Source: Candidatus Latescibacterota bacterium (GTDB lineage: Bacteria; Latescibacterota; UBA2968; GCA-2709665). Taken from it: a stretch of 64,000 nucleotides of DNA. Shown piece after piece: positions 9,776-18,825 of this stretch (position 1 is its first letter; the number at the start of each line of letters is the position of its first letter). The stretch covers positions 4,352,001-4,416,000 of the forward strand of contig OZ252100.1 in the NCBI GenBank assembly GCA_965248435.1, read 5' to 3'. Position numbers and translations under genes: made by a program. The notes beneath the pieces are model-generated. The model made no database searches and was not told where the DNA came from. It saw only the letters and a list, made by a program, of their open reading frames with translations.

Positions 9776-10897
9776 TCACTTCCCGGGATGCGCCAAACCC
9801 AGGTCTTCGTAGATCGCGGAATGGACCAGCCTGGCACGCCGGTTATGCCGGGGTTCCCCGGGTGTCCCGTTGAAGACTATGGCCACGGCGAGCCCCTGTT
9901 CCGGGTCGGCAAACCCGGCGGAGGACTGATATCCACCGTGACCGAACGTGTTCTCCGAGGCGTGGATCCCGTAGCCGTAGGGAAGGGTCTGAGAACCGTA
10001 GCGGTTTGAGTTGAGGATAAAGCCGAGTCCCCAATCGATCCGGTGCCTGAAGGTCTCGTCGAACATCCCGACACGGTGCGGTTTCGTGAGGAGCCGGACA
10101 GAATCGGCCGAGAGGATGCGGACACCGTCCAACTCGCCACCAGCCAGGAGCATTTCGTAGAAACGCCCGAGTTCGCGAATGGGCCCTCGCCCGCCCCCAC
10201 CGGGTTTGCACTGGACGGCTGCCTCCTCGGTGTCCAAATGGGTATGGGGCTCGGGGGCCCGTTTGCCCGAAATGTGCATGATGCCGATACGACCCCCGTA
10301 GTTGCGATAGCGCTCTGCTGGCAGCCCTACCCACGAATCCATCATTCCGATCGGTTCAAAGATCTCTTCGCGAACGTAATGCTCGAAAGGTCTCCCGTCT
10401 ATCCGTTTGAGAACTTCTGCAAGGACAAACCACCCTGAGGCGATGTGATACCCTGCCTTTTCACCGGGGATCCAACCCGGTTCGAGGGGCGCCTCATAGA
10501 TGGACGTGAGGATCTTGTCCCACGGATCCCTGTCCCAGTCGACCTCTACCCATCGGAAGCCGCCGGTATGGGTGAGTACGTGCTGGAGGGTGACGGCCTC
10601 CTTGCCGTTTTGAGCAAATTCGGGGATGTATCGGATGACGGGATCGCCGAAGTCGACGTCGCCCTGTTCGCGTAGTCTCGCCAGGGCAACTGCTGCAATC
10701 GGTTTTGTGGAGGAGAGCCAGATCATGAGGGTGTCCGGTTCCATCGCGACACCCCGTCGGGCTTCTCCGATTGCAAAATCGGCGACCGGTTCGCCATCTA
10801 TCGAGACGTAGACCTGGGCGCCGATGTGCAGGCCTTCTTCGATCCCTTGTTGGAGGAGTTCCAGCGTTCGTGGGAAATTGGACTTGGCAGTTGCCAC
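9776..10897 (-). CDS. Serine hydrolase, beta-lactamase/EstB-like family (start corrected to GTG 10897)
   Basis: SxxK (SSTK), LTHTGG, PGEKAGYH, FGHGG. The ORF-track N-terminal 83 aa overlap the upstream gene. Confidence 0.9.
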   Translation of the reverse strand: MATAKSNFPRTLELLQQGIEEGLHIGAQVYVSIDGEPVADFAIGEARRGVAMEPDTLMIWLSSTKPIAAVALARLREQGDVDFGDPVIRYIPEFAQNGKEAVTLQHVLTHTGGFRWVEVDWDRDPWDKILTSIYEAPLEPGWIPGEKAGYHIASGWFVLAEVLKRIDGRPFEHYVREEIFEPIGMMDSWVGLPAERYRNYGGRIGIMHISGKRAPEPHTHLDTEEAAVQCKPGGGGRGPIRELGRFYEMLLAGGELDGVRILSADSVRLLTKPHRVGMFDETFRHRIDWGLGFILNSNRYGSQTLPYGYGIHASENTFGHGGYQSSAGFADPEQGLAVAIVFNGTPGEPRHNRRARLVHSAIYEDLGLAHPGK

Positions 10898-10910
10898 GTC
10901 TGTGGTCAAG

Positions 10911-12014
10911 CTATTGCAGCTTGCCCCGACCCAGCAGTGGCCAAACAGCTTCCACGATGCCGTCGCGGGCGGCGTAGAGTTGGTCGTGCAGGAAGACGGT
11001 CGTGTCGGAGTAGCCGACGACAAAGGATATCCGATCTCCAATCCTAGGGAGATCATTCGGCTGTTTGAGTTGGATCGTGCCGTGTTCGGCTGAAAGCGAG
11101 ATCGATTCAACGTTGGGAATTCCGATTGGCTGCGGCTCGGCTGCATCGCCGCTCATCGTCTTTCTCCCGGCGTCGCAGATGATCCGAGTCGGTGCGGAGC
11201 GACTCGTCACGGTGGCAAGCACAAAAAGGGCGTATTCGTGGTCCACGCCGAAATGATTTCTGTAGAGAATATCGCAGTAGATCCCGCCGCCGGCGACGAC
11301 CTCCGTAATCTCTGGATGGAATGCACTGATCCAGTAAGTACCAGTCCCACCACAGCTGAGGATTTCGACCGGTATGCCATCCTCCCGGATCAGCCGAGCG
11401 GTATCTGTAAACTGATCCAGCGCCTCCGTGATCACTTGCCGCTTCTCGTCTGGGTCCTGAATCCTCAGTGAGTGGGATTCCCACGTCTGGAGCCCCGCGA
11501 ATTTCAGGCCTTTACATTGAGAGATCTTTCTGGCTAGCGCAAGCGTCGGCTCGCCGGGTTGCGCACCTGCACGGTGAGTTCCTACATCCACTTCGATTAG
11601 GATCCGAATCGTCACGTCGTTCTCTCTCGCTGCCTGGTCGATCTCCATCACATTTTCTTCACTATCGACATTTACTATCACGTCCGCGTGCTTCCTCAGG
11701 TTCACGAGACGTGTGACTTTGCGCGCTCCCACGACCTGGTTGCAGACGAGGATGTCTTTGATTCCTCCGGCCGCCATAACTTCCGCTTCGCCAAGTTTTG
11801 CGCAAGTTACGCCGATGGCCCCTGCGTCCAGAAGTTTGTGGGCCAGCGCAGGGGATTTCACCGCTTTGGTATGTGGGCGCCACTGGATGCCCGCGTCCTG
11901 GATCATAGTGTTCGCCATCTTCTGAATATTTCGCTCCATTACATCTAGATCTACCAGAAGCACAGGAGTATCCAGGTCGTCCGTCGAGCGTCCGATCGCA
12001 TCTATCTGAGGCAT
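10911..12014 (-). CDS. DSD1 / D-threonine aldolase-family PLP-dependent enzyme (alanine-racemase fold)
   Basis: LDTPVLLVD, RPHTK (PLP Lys), CAKLGEAE, GGTGT, DAGRK, SAEHG. ATG 12014 with upstream GGAAGG. Confidence 0.9.
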   Translation of the reverse strand: MPQIDAIGRSTDDLDTPVLLVDLDVMERNIQKMANTMIQDAGIQWRPHTKAVKSPALAHKLLDAGAIGVTCAKLGEAEVMAAGGIKDILVCNQVVGARKVTRLVNLRKHADVIVNVDSEENVMEIDQAARENDVTIRILIEVDVGTHRAGAQPGEPTLALARKISQCKGLKFAGLQTWESHSLRIQDPDEKRQVITEALDQFTDTARLIREDGIPVEILSCGGTGTYWISAFHPEITEVVAGGGIYCDILYRNHFGVDHEYALFVLATVTSRSAPTRIICDAGRKTMSGDAAEPQPIGIPNVESISLSAEHGTIQLKQPNDLPRIGDRISFVVGYSDTTVFLHDQLYAARDGIVEAVWPLLGRGKLQ

Positions 12015-12144
12015 GAAGATCCTTCCTTGAAGACATTGATATGCAGGTGATGTCGATTTCAAGATACAAGTGCGTGGAATTCGGCGCAAGGGTATAAAAT
12101 CGTTGATCGTTGTTCGAGAACCCAGCTCCGCTATCTACTCCTGC

Positions 12145-12173
12145 TTGACGAGGACACAGCGAAATGATAACTT
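12145..12173 (+). promoter_or_regulatory. Putative promoter giving a probably leaderless DUF393 transcript
   Basis: TTGACG-17-TAACTT with TGn extension; ATG 6 nt downstream; no SD. Confidence 0.5.
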
Positions 12174-12179
12174 AAGTCT

Positions 12180-12605
12180 ATGAATAAGCCAGCGATCGTA
12201 TACGATGGGGAGTGCCGGTTCTGCCTCTGGAGTGTGGGCAGGATTCAGAGGGTAGATCACCTGGATCAGTTTGAATATCTCCCCCGCCAGAATCCTGATG
12301 CGGAGGCCAGGTTTCCCCTCCTTTCAGCCTCCGATTTCAGTACCGGGTTGAGGCTTGTTGTGGCTGAGGGTAAGATCCACATCGGTGCAGATTCGGTCTA
12401 CGAGATTTACCGGAGGATTCCGCCGTTCAAGGTGATAACATGGCTGTATCGGGTCCCTTTGATCCACACACTCTTCAAGGCATGTTACGCGCTTATCGCC
12501 AGGAACAGACATCTTTTCGGCCGCGTGGAGTGCGAAACAGAAGCTTGCGATGTTCCTTATTCAGAACGAGGAACCGTCACGCCAAGAAGCGGAAAAGGCC
12601 CTTGA
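12180..12605 (+). CDS. DCC1-like thiol-disulfide oxidoreductase (DUF393)
   Basis: YDGECRFC (DxxCxxC), YALIARNRH, C-terminal CxxxxC. Confidence 0.9.
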   Translation: MNKPAIVYDGECRFCLWSVGRIQRVDHLDQFEYLPRQNPDAEARFPLLSASDFSTGLRLVVAEGKIHIGADSVYEIYRRIPPFKVITWLYRVPLIHTLFKACYALIARNRHLFGRVECETEACDVPYSERGTVTPRSGKGP

Positions 12606-12630
12606 CAGGACAGATCAAATGGCCTACTCT
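12602..12630 (+). promoter_or_regulatory. sigma70 promoter of the trpS leader
   Basis: TTGACA (12602-12607)-17-TACTCT (12625-12630). Confidence 0.75.
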
Positions 12631-12662
12631 TTAATCTCCAAGTCTTAAGAAAGGAAACCCCA

Positions 12663-12767
12663 GTGTTGTTGAAGACGGTGTCCAAAATTTCGAGTAGCAT
12701 CCAGAAGGTTGGTTGGTGGCGAAGCGCCGACACGATCCGCTGGCCGAGGTGTGCCCAACTGATTTGA
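12663..12767 (+). CDS. Trp-rich attenuator leader peptide, 34 aa (MLLKTVSKISSSIQKVGWWRSADTIRWPRCAQLI)
   Basis: SD AAAGGA 7 nt before GTG; tandem TGG TGG at 12714-12719 plus a third Trp; lies between the promoter and terminator upstream of trpS. Confidence 0.8.
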   Translation: MLLKTVSKISSSIQKVGWWRSADTIRWPRCAQLI

Positions 12768-12796
12768 TCAGGTTTTCCCTAGCGTCTATCATAACA

Positions 12797-12828
12797 CCCC
12801 TGCCGGCACGTCCAGCAGGGGGTTTTTT
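12797..12828 (+). terminator. Attenuator terminator upstream of trpS
   Basis: cccctgc...gcagggg stem plus T6 tract. The 5' arm can alternatively pair with gctggccgaggtgt (12739-12752). Confidence 0.85.
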
Positions 12829-12865
12829 ATTGACGCATCGAAGCGTCACTTAAGGAGCGAGAAAG

Positions 12866-13927
12866 ATGAGTGACAAGAAGCGGATCCTGACGGGTGATCG
12901 CCCCACGGGAAGGCTGCATCTGGGTCATTACGTCGGATCCATGAAAAATCGTGTCCTGCTTCAGGGCGAGTATGAGTGCTATTTCCTGATCGCCGACCTT
13001 CATATGCTCACGACCCGTCCCCAGAAGGAGCATATAGATGAACTCAGGGGAAACATCCGCGAGATGGTCCTGGACTACCTTGCCGTCGGAGTGGACCCTT
13101 CAAAGTCGACCATCTATCTCCAGTCGGCTGTCCACGCTGTCTACGAGATGAATCTGTTCTTCGAGATGCTGGTCACGTTGCCGCGGCTGACTCGCCTGCC
13201 GAGTATCAAGGATATGGCGCGGGCCGCCAACATGGATGATGACGCCATTCCTTTCGGGCTTGTCGGATATCCCGTGCTTCAGGCAGCGGACATCCTGATG
13301 CCGCGCGCGCATCTCGTCCCGGTGGGCAAAGACAACGAAGCCCACGTGGAGATCACTCGAGAGATCGCGCGGCGGTTCAATCTCTATTACGGGGAAGTCT
13401 TTCCTATTCCGGAGGCCAGAATCGGAGATGTCCCGACGCTTGTTGGGACCGATGGCCAGACCAAGATGAGTAAAAGTCTCGACAACACGATTTTCCTCTC
13501 CGATGAGGCCGACGTCGTGAAAAAGAAGGTGCGTGCGATGTTCACGGATCCGAAACGCGTTCGAGCCGATATTCCCGGGACGGTCGAGGGCAATCCGGTT
13601 TTTATCTATCACGACGCGTTCAATCCGAATACGGAGGAGGTCGAAGACCTGAAGGCGCGCTATCGGAACGGCAGGGTTGGGGACGTGGAAGTGAAGGAGA
13701 AACTGACGCAGGCCCTTAACGCCTTCCTGGATCCCATTCGGGAGCGCAGGCGGCAATTCGCGGATGACAGCGGGTTTGTGGAGGAGGTACTCTACGAAGG
13801 TACGATGCATATCCAAAAGATCGCGGACGAGACCTTGAGCATGATGAAGAAAGCCATGGGGCTCGCCGGCGTCTGGAATCGAATTTCCCGGCTGGCACGG
13901 AAGCGGATTAAAGAACGTGGATCGTGA
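12866..13927 (+). CDS. trpS: Tryptophan--tRNA ligase
   Basis: TGDRPTGRLHLGHY (HIGH-type), YPVLQAADI, VPVGKD, KMSKS; SD AAGGAG. Confidence 0.98.
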   Translation: MSDKKRILTGDRPTGRLHLGHYVGSMKNRVLLQGEYECYFLIADLHMLTTRPQKEHIDELRGNIREMVLDYLAVGVDPSKSTIYLQSAVHAVYEMNLFFEMLVTLPRLTRLPSIKDMARAANMDDDAIPFGLVGYPVLQAADILMPRAHLVPVGKDNEAHVEITREIARRFNLYYGEVFPIPEARIGDVPTLVGTDGQTKMSKSLDNTIFLSDEADVVKKKVRAMFTDPKRVRADIPGTVEGNPVFIYHDAFNPNTEEVEDLKARYRNGRVGDVEVKEKLTQALNAFLDPIRERRRQFADDSGFVEEVLYEGTMHIQKIADETLSMMKKAMGLAGVWNRISRLARKRIKERGS

Positions 13928-14083
13928 ATCGTCGCTCGTTGTTCGTGGACCCCTCCCTCGGTCTCCCTCGACCAGGCTCGGGACAGGCCTCCCCTAAAGG
14001 GAGGGAAGGTAGGAGCACTGCCTTCGGCAAAAGGAAATCTTGCTCCTCCCTTCCCTTTAGGGAAGGGAGGCTGGGGGGGTTAG
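13916..14083. repeat. Composite repeat: 7-mer array plus purine/pyrimidine REP-like hairpins between convergent trpS and GNAT
   Basis: cgtggat-cgtgaat-cgtcgct-cgttgtt-cgtggac, then ctcccctaaagggaggg and ctcccttccctttagggaagggagggctggggggg, with an inner tcgaccaggctcgggacaggc module. Confidence 0.75.
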
Positions 14084-14662
14084 GTCCGCAACGCCCAGTT
14101 GCTCCAGAACGTCTTTCCACCTTTTCTTGTGATTCTCGTGCGTATGTTCAGGAACGAAGCCTACCTTCAAGTAGCTCTTGATCGCCGCAAGACGAAAGTC
14201 GTCGGTGAGGAGGTGTGCCCTTTTGAACTCGAGTTTCTTGAGACGATGGAGGATGGCTGCGTTGATGAGGTTTCCCAACCCTTTCCCGCGGTGGGATTCG
14301 AGAGCTGCAATCATGTGGAGTTCCCCGACTTCTGAATCACCCTGGTGGCGCCAGGCACAACCGCTGGCCACAGGCTCTCCTTCGTGGGTGGCGAAAAAGA
14401 GGTTTCCTGGATCGAAGCGCGCGTCCTGAACGATCTGCTCCTTCCATTTCTCATCTGTCCAGTTCCTCCCAACATTGCCTTCCATAATTCTGCACCAGGC
14501 GGCTTCGTCTCCGGGAAGATACGTCCTGAGATCGTATCCCTCGGGGATAGAGATTTCTGGAAGGTTCTCCAGATTTGGCCTGACCATCTCGAGCTGAGGC
14601 CGCAACTTTTTCGAAGAGGAAGGGCGCTTCTTGAATAGCCCTGCAATGAGCTGGTGAAGCAT
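14057..14662 (-). CDS. GNAT-family N-acetyltransferase
   Basis: Acetyl-CoA motif HRGKGLG; TDDFRLAAIKSYLKVGF. Confidence 0.88.
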   Translation of the reverse strand: MLHQLIAGLFKKRPSSSKKLRPQLEMVRPNLENLPEISIPEGYDLRTYLPGDEAAWCRIMEGNVGRNWTDEKWKEQIVQDARFDPGNLFFATHEGEPVASGCAWRHQGDSEVGELHMIAALESHRGKGLGNLINAAILHRLKKLEFKRAHLLTDDFRLAAIKSYLKVGFVPEHTHENHKKRWKDVLEQLGVADLTPPASLP

Positions 14663-14689
14663 CTAGGTTACCCTGTTACAGTTGGACCG

Positions 14690-15721
14690 TCACGCTACGC
14701 AGATAAAGTCTTTCCCTTCGAGAAGGCCCATTGTTCCCAGCTGACCCCTGATCAAACCTCTCGCGCCACGCGAAGGGACGGCCGCCAGGACAAGCGGGTT
14801 CCGATTCGATATCCGAGTCTGCTTGAGGTCCCCCACAGAGATGATGGGTGCCCCACGGCGTGTTCGATCGATCTTCCTTGGGTCGATGTCTACGAAGGCA
14901 ACGATTTCAACACCCTCGCGTTGGAGGTGTTTGGAGATCCGTCGACCGATCTGCCCGGCCCCCCATATAATGACACGGGGATCAGAGCAGAGGGGTCCTC
15001 GTCGCAGATAGTGCGCCTTTGCCTTCAGGAAGTTCTCGACAGAGTAGCGATTGTGACGACGGGAGAGCCTTCCCGGGTCTTCACGCCAGTAGAGGAGGAC
15101 CCTGGGAATCTTTGCAAAACGGCTGCCCGAAACGTTGAGTCGCAGCCAGAGGTCGTAATCCTCGGGCCAACCGAAATCCTTGTATCCGCCAGCGGATACC
15201 AGCGCATCCCTGCGGATCATCGTGGATGGATGGGCAACCGGGCTTTCAATGTAGATGTCCCGCGCGACATCCTCCGGTGAGCAGAGACCGTTGAGCCAGG
15301 ATTCATAGGTCAGGAACCCCTCCCTGACACGTGGACGAGGGAAGCATCGGATGAGGGAGCTGACCACCGTAACATCAGGGTTCCAGCGAAGAAAATCAAC
15401 CTGCAAGCCCAGGCGGTCCGGATGGGCGATATCATCTGAGTCCATTCGCGCGATCAGACGACCTTCCGCATTTGCCAGCCCAAGATTCAGGGCGTCCACA
15501 ATGCCCTTCCTGCCTTGAAAGAACGGCTTGACCCGTGGATCGCGATCGGCATAATACCTCAGGATGGATGGCGAATCGTCTTCCGATCCGTCATCAACAA
15601 CGACCAACTCGAAGTCCTGAAACCGTTGGTACAAGAGGCTGTTCAGGGCTTGGGGAAGCGTATTTTCCGCATTGTAGACCGGCATCAGTGCGGACAGGAT
15701 CTTTGGCGCGGCCTGGGCCAT
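14690..15721 (-). CDS. Family 2 glycosyltransferase with a C-terminal Rossmann-like domain
   Basis: MPVYN, VDDGSED, ARMDSDD, EDYDLWLR; C-terminal IWGAGQIG...FVDID. Start taken at ATG 15721. Confidence 0.9.
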   Translation of the reverse strand: MAQAAPKILSALMPVYNAENTLPQALNSLLYQRFQDFELVVVDDGSEDDSPSILRYYADRDPRVKPFFQGRKGIVDALNLGLANAEGRLIARMDSDDIAHPDRLGLQVDFLRWNPDVTVVSSLIRCFPRPRVREGFLTYESWLNGLCSPEDVARDIYIESPVAHPSTMIRRDALVSAGGYKDFGWPEDYDLWLRLNVSGSRFAKIPRVLLYWREDPGRLSRRHNRYSVENFLKAKAHYLRRGPLCSDPRVIIWGAGQIGRRISKHLQREGVEIVAFVDIDPRKIDRTRRGAPIISVGDLKQTRISNRNPLVLAAVPSRGARGLIRGQLGTMGLLEGKDFICVA

Positions 15722-15816
15722 TCGATTCCTATCGTGACAGGTGAGGGCGGTATCACCACCCAAAATAGCTTGAAAAAGCGCGTTCGGTCAAGAGTGGGAC
15801 AAGGGGCCAAAATACC

Positions 15817-15845
15817 TTGACATTTTACGGGGCGTGCAATATACT
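15817..15845 (+). promoter_or_regulatory. sigma70 promoter for the nuo cluster
   Basis: TTGACA-17-TATACT. Confidence 0.8.
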
Positions 15846-15942
15846 ATTCTATCTTTACCCGATTCTGACATTCTTAAGTGCTTGATGAATTTGATCTTAT
15901 GAGTATTTGCGCATGCAGCGGCCGGCACGGTCGCACCTTCCC

Positions 15943-16308
15943 ATGCTGAGGGACTATCTTCCGATCGCGATCCTGATGGCTGTCGCGGGGGGATTTGCGC
16001 TCACCAGCCTGGCTGCGACGCATCTGTTCGGACCTCATCGCCCCAATCCGGTCAAGCTTTCTCCTTACGAATCGGGCGTCCCCCCGATCGGAGATGCTCG
16101 TCTCCGCTTTTCAGTCAAGTTTTACCTCGTAGCGATGGACTTCATCATCTTCGATATTGAAGTCGTGTTCCTTTACCCCTGGGCCGTTGTCTTCAAAGAT
16201 CTGCTGGTCCAGGGCGTTTTTATATTTGTCGGAATGGCCGTGTTTCTGGCCGTCCTGGCCCTGGGCCTCGCCTACTCTTGGCGAAAGGGGGGTCTGGATT
16301 GGGACTAG
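15943..16308 (+). CDS. nuoA: NADH-quinone oxidoreductase subunit A
   Basis: KLSPYESG, FYLVAM, FDIEVVFLYPWA, KGGLDW. Confidence 0.95.
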   Translation: MLRDYLPIAILMAVAGGFALTSLAATHLFGPHRPNPVKLSPYESGVPPIGDARLRFSVKFYLVAMDFIIFDIEVVFLYPWAVVFKDLLVQGVFIFVGMAVFLAVLALGLAYSWRKGGLDWD

Positions 16309-16407
16309 AAAAGCCGTATCTCCATTGCGGAATAATAGGCGCAACCCTTTCGGTGATTGTCTTTTAACTCGAAACCCGAAACTTCAAACTCGAAGCTGAT
16401 CCTAACA

Positions 16408-18165
16408 ATGAGCGAAGAAACAAAAGCCGAGGCCGTGTCGAACTTGACGGCTCAGAAGTTGACGGAGCGATTCGGCGAAGAGGTCCTCGAGGTCATCGAC
16501 TTCAAGGGCGAGACCACAGCGGTCTGCAAGAAGGGACAACTGCAGGACATTTTGACTTTCCTGAGAGACGATACCGACCTCGCGTATGACCGGTTGACGG
16601 ACCTGACGGCGGTGGACTATTCGGAGTACCCGGGGCCAGAGCAGGATGCACGGTTCAATGTCGTCTATCATCTTTACTCGCACCCCCATAACAAGCGCTT
16701 CAGGGTTCGAGCTCTGGTGGATGAGGAGACTTGCTCGATCGACTCTGCCTGCCCGGTCTGGAAAGGTGCGGAATGGCCGGAAAGAGAAGTGTTCGATATG
16801 TTCGGCCTGCAGTTCAAAGGGCATCCTGACCTGCGCCGCATCCTTATGCCGGTGAATTTCAGGGACTATCCCCTGCGAAAGGACTACCCCCTGCACGGGA
16901 AGGGGGAGCGAGATGTCATCGCACCCGAAGACCCCGGATTCGAAGGAAATCCCTTCTTTGACAAGGATGACGGAGGGAATAAGGATCCTCTTGCTTCAGA
17001 GCGCATGGTCTTGAATCTGGGCCCGCAACACCCGGCCACGCACGGCACGCTTCGACTCACGTTGGAACTTGAAGGCGAGCGCATCGTAAGGTGTATTCCG
17101 GATATCGGATATCTGCATACCGGATTCGAAAAACTGGGCGAGCATCACAACTACAATCAATGGGTGACGGTCACAGACCGAATGAACTATCTCTCGCCGC
17201 TATGCAACAACATCGGCTACGCGATGTGCGTGGAGCACCTGATGGGTCTGGAAGTCCCCCCGCGGGCTGTCTGCATCCGTGTGATTCTTGCTGAGCTTTC
17301 TCGCATTGCCGACCATATGGTCTGGCTGGGGACCCACGCATTAGACATCGGTGCGATGACGGTTTTCCTCTACACCTTTGAGCAGAGGGAATGGCTCTAC
17401 AACATATTCGAGGCAGTTACGGGTGCACGGTTGACGACCAGCTACACACGAGTCGGTGGTGTGGGTTGGGACGTTCCGGAGAATTTCAAGGAGGCGGTAG
17501 AGGAGTACACGGTCCAGTTTCCGAAGGCCATGGACGAAGTGGACCGGCTTTTGACTCGGAACCGCATCTGGATTGACCGAACGAAAGGAATTGGCGTAGT
17601 ATCCCCTGAAGATGCCATCGCCTGGAACATGACCGGACCAATGCTACGGGGTTCCGGAGTGGACTACGATATGAGAAAAGCCGAGCCTTACATGGGCTAC
17701 GAGGATTTCGATTTCGAGATTCCAGTTGGCGAGAACGGCGATGTGTACGATCGATACCTGGTCCGAATGGAGGAGTTGAGGCAGAGCGTTCGGATCGTGG
17801 AACAGGCTGTGAATCGCCTCCCGGAAGGCCCTGTGAAAGTGGATGATGCCAAGGTCATCCTACCCGAAAAGGATCAGGTGTATTCGGGTATGGAGTCGCT
17901 CATTCACCACTTCAAAGTGACGATGGATGGGCACGGGCTTACGCCGCCTTTGGGAGAGACCTATGTAGCGACGGAGGCCCCCAACGGAGAGCTGGGTTTC
18001 TATATTGTAAGTGACGGAACAGGCGAGGCCTACCGACTGAGAATACGCCCACCTTCTTTCATGAACTACCAGTCGTTCCCCGGGATGATCGAAGGACTTA
18101 TGATAGCGGACGTGGTCGCCGTCCTGGGGAGTATTAACGTGATTGCAGGTGAACTGGACCGGTAA
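16408..18165 (+). CDS. nuoCD: NADH-quinone oxidoreductase fused subunit C/D (start 16408)
   Basis: C part: EREVFDMFG, GHPDLRRIL, PLRKDYP. D part: GPQHPATHG, GYLHTGFEK, EAPNGELG, GELDR. Confidence 0.96.
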   Translation: MSEETKAEAVSNLTAQKLTERFGEEVLEVIDFKGETTAVCKKGQLQDILTFLRDDTDLAYDRLTDLTAVDYSEYPGPEQDARFNVVYHLYSHPHNKRFRVRALVDEETCSIDSACPVWKGAEWPEREVFDMFGLQFKGHPDLRRILMPVNFRDYPLRKDYPLHGKGERDVIAPEDPGFEGNPFFDKDDGGNKDPLASERMVLNLGPQHPATHGTLRLTLELEGERIVRCIPDIGYLHTGFEKLGEHHNYNQWVTVTDRMNYLSPLCNNIGYAMCVEHLMGLEVPPRAVCIRVILAELSRIADHMVWLGTHALDIGAMTVFLYTFEQREWLYNIFEAVTGARLTTSYTRVGGVGWDVPENFKEAVEEYTVQFPKAMDEVDRLLTRNRIWIDRTKGIGVVSPEDAIAWNMTGPMLRGSGVDYDMRKAEPYMGYEDFDFEIPVGENGDVYDRYLVRMEELRQSVRIVEQAVNRLPEGPVKVDDAKVILPEKDQVYSGMESLIHHFKVTMDGHGLTPPLGETYVATEAPNGELGFYIVSDGTGEAYRLRIRPPSFMNYQSFPGMIEGLMIADVVAVLGSINVIAGELDR

Positions 18166-18266
18166 GAACCGTGGATCGTGCGTCGTGTCCTTTCGGACAC
18201 GACAGGATCGTCGTTCGTTGATCGCAAGCATCTGATGAATCGCGCTATCCGCACGGAGGCGGGTTC

Positions 18267-18294
18267 AATCCGAAATCCGAATTCCGCAATCCGC
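18267..18294 (+). repeat. 7-mer tandem array before nuoE
   Basis: aatccga-aatccga-attccgc-aatccgc; cgtggat-type units also at 18170-18225. Confidence 0.75.
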
Positions 18295-18313
18295 GATTGA
18301 CCAGGTAGTTGAC

Positions 18314-18793
18314 ATGGCCGAGACACTGTCTCCCGAGACCCAGAAGGCGTGCGAAGAGATCATCGGTCACTATCCAAGTGGCTGGAAGGAGGCGGCGATT
18401 CTTCCCATCCTCCATCTTGCACAGCGGGAGTGGGGCTACATCTCGATGGAAGGACTTCGTTACATTGCCGAAATGTTGGAGATGCCTCCCGCGCGGGCAG
18501 CGGGTGTGATGAGTTTTTACCCGATGTTCTACAAAGCCCCGGTAGGGAAGCACGTGATACAGGTTTGCAGCACACTTTCCTGTGCGCTCTGCGGAGCCAG
18601 AGAGGTCGTGGACCATCTGAAGAGCAGGTTGAGGATCGACGTGGGTGGGACCACCGAAGACGGAAAGTTCACGTTGACGAAGGCCGAGTGCATCGCGGCC
18701 TGCGAAGGGGCGCCTGCCATTCGAATCAACGACACGCTGCACCGATTCGTCAGCAAGGCGAAGATGGACGAGCTTTTGAACGGGCTGGAGTGA
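18314..18793 (+). CDS. nuoE: NADH-quinone oxidoreductase subunit E
   Basis: SFYPMF, VCSTLSC...ECIAAC (N1a ligands). Confidence 0.95.
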   Translation: MAETLSPETQKACEEIIGHYPSGWKEAAILPILHLAQREWGYISMEGLRYIAEMLEMPPARAAGVMSFYPMFYKAPVGKHVIQVCSTLSCALCGAREVVDHLKSRLRIDVGGTTEDGKFTLTKAECIAACEGAPAIRINDTLHRFVSKAKMDELLNGLE

Positions 18794-18825
18794 ATCCTTT
18801 TACTTTCACGTGAGGTCCACTGGCC

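Noticed and set aside
9776-10897. Beta-lactam resistance gene
   Set aside because: No signal peptide and an esterase-like family pattern; the fold alone does not imply resistance.
12631-12865. T-box riboswitch upstream of trpS
   Set aside because: No TGGNACC T-box bulge motif seen; the leader peptide with WW explains the region better.
16357-16407. N-terminal extensions in the ORF track (nuoCD, frdC, transporter, DUF2723, BMC-P and others)
   Set aside because: They translate 7-mer repeats or overlap upstream genes; downstream starts with SD or stop-start coupling fit better.
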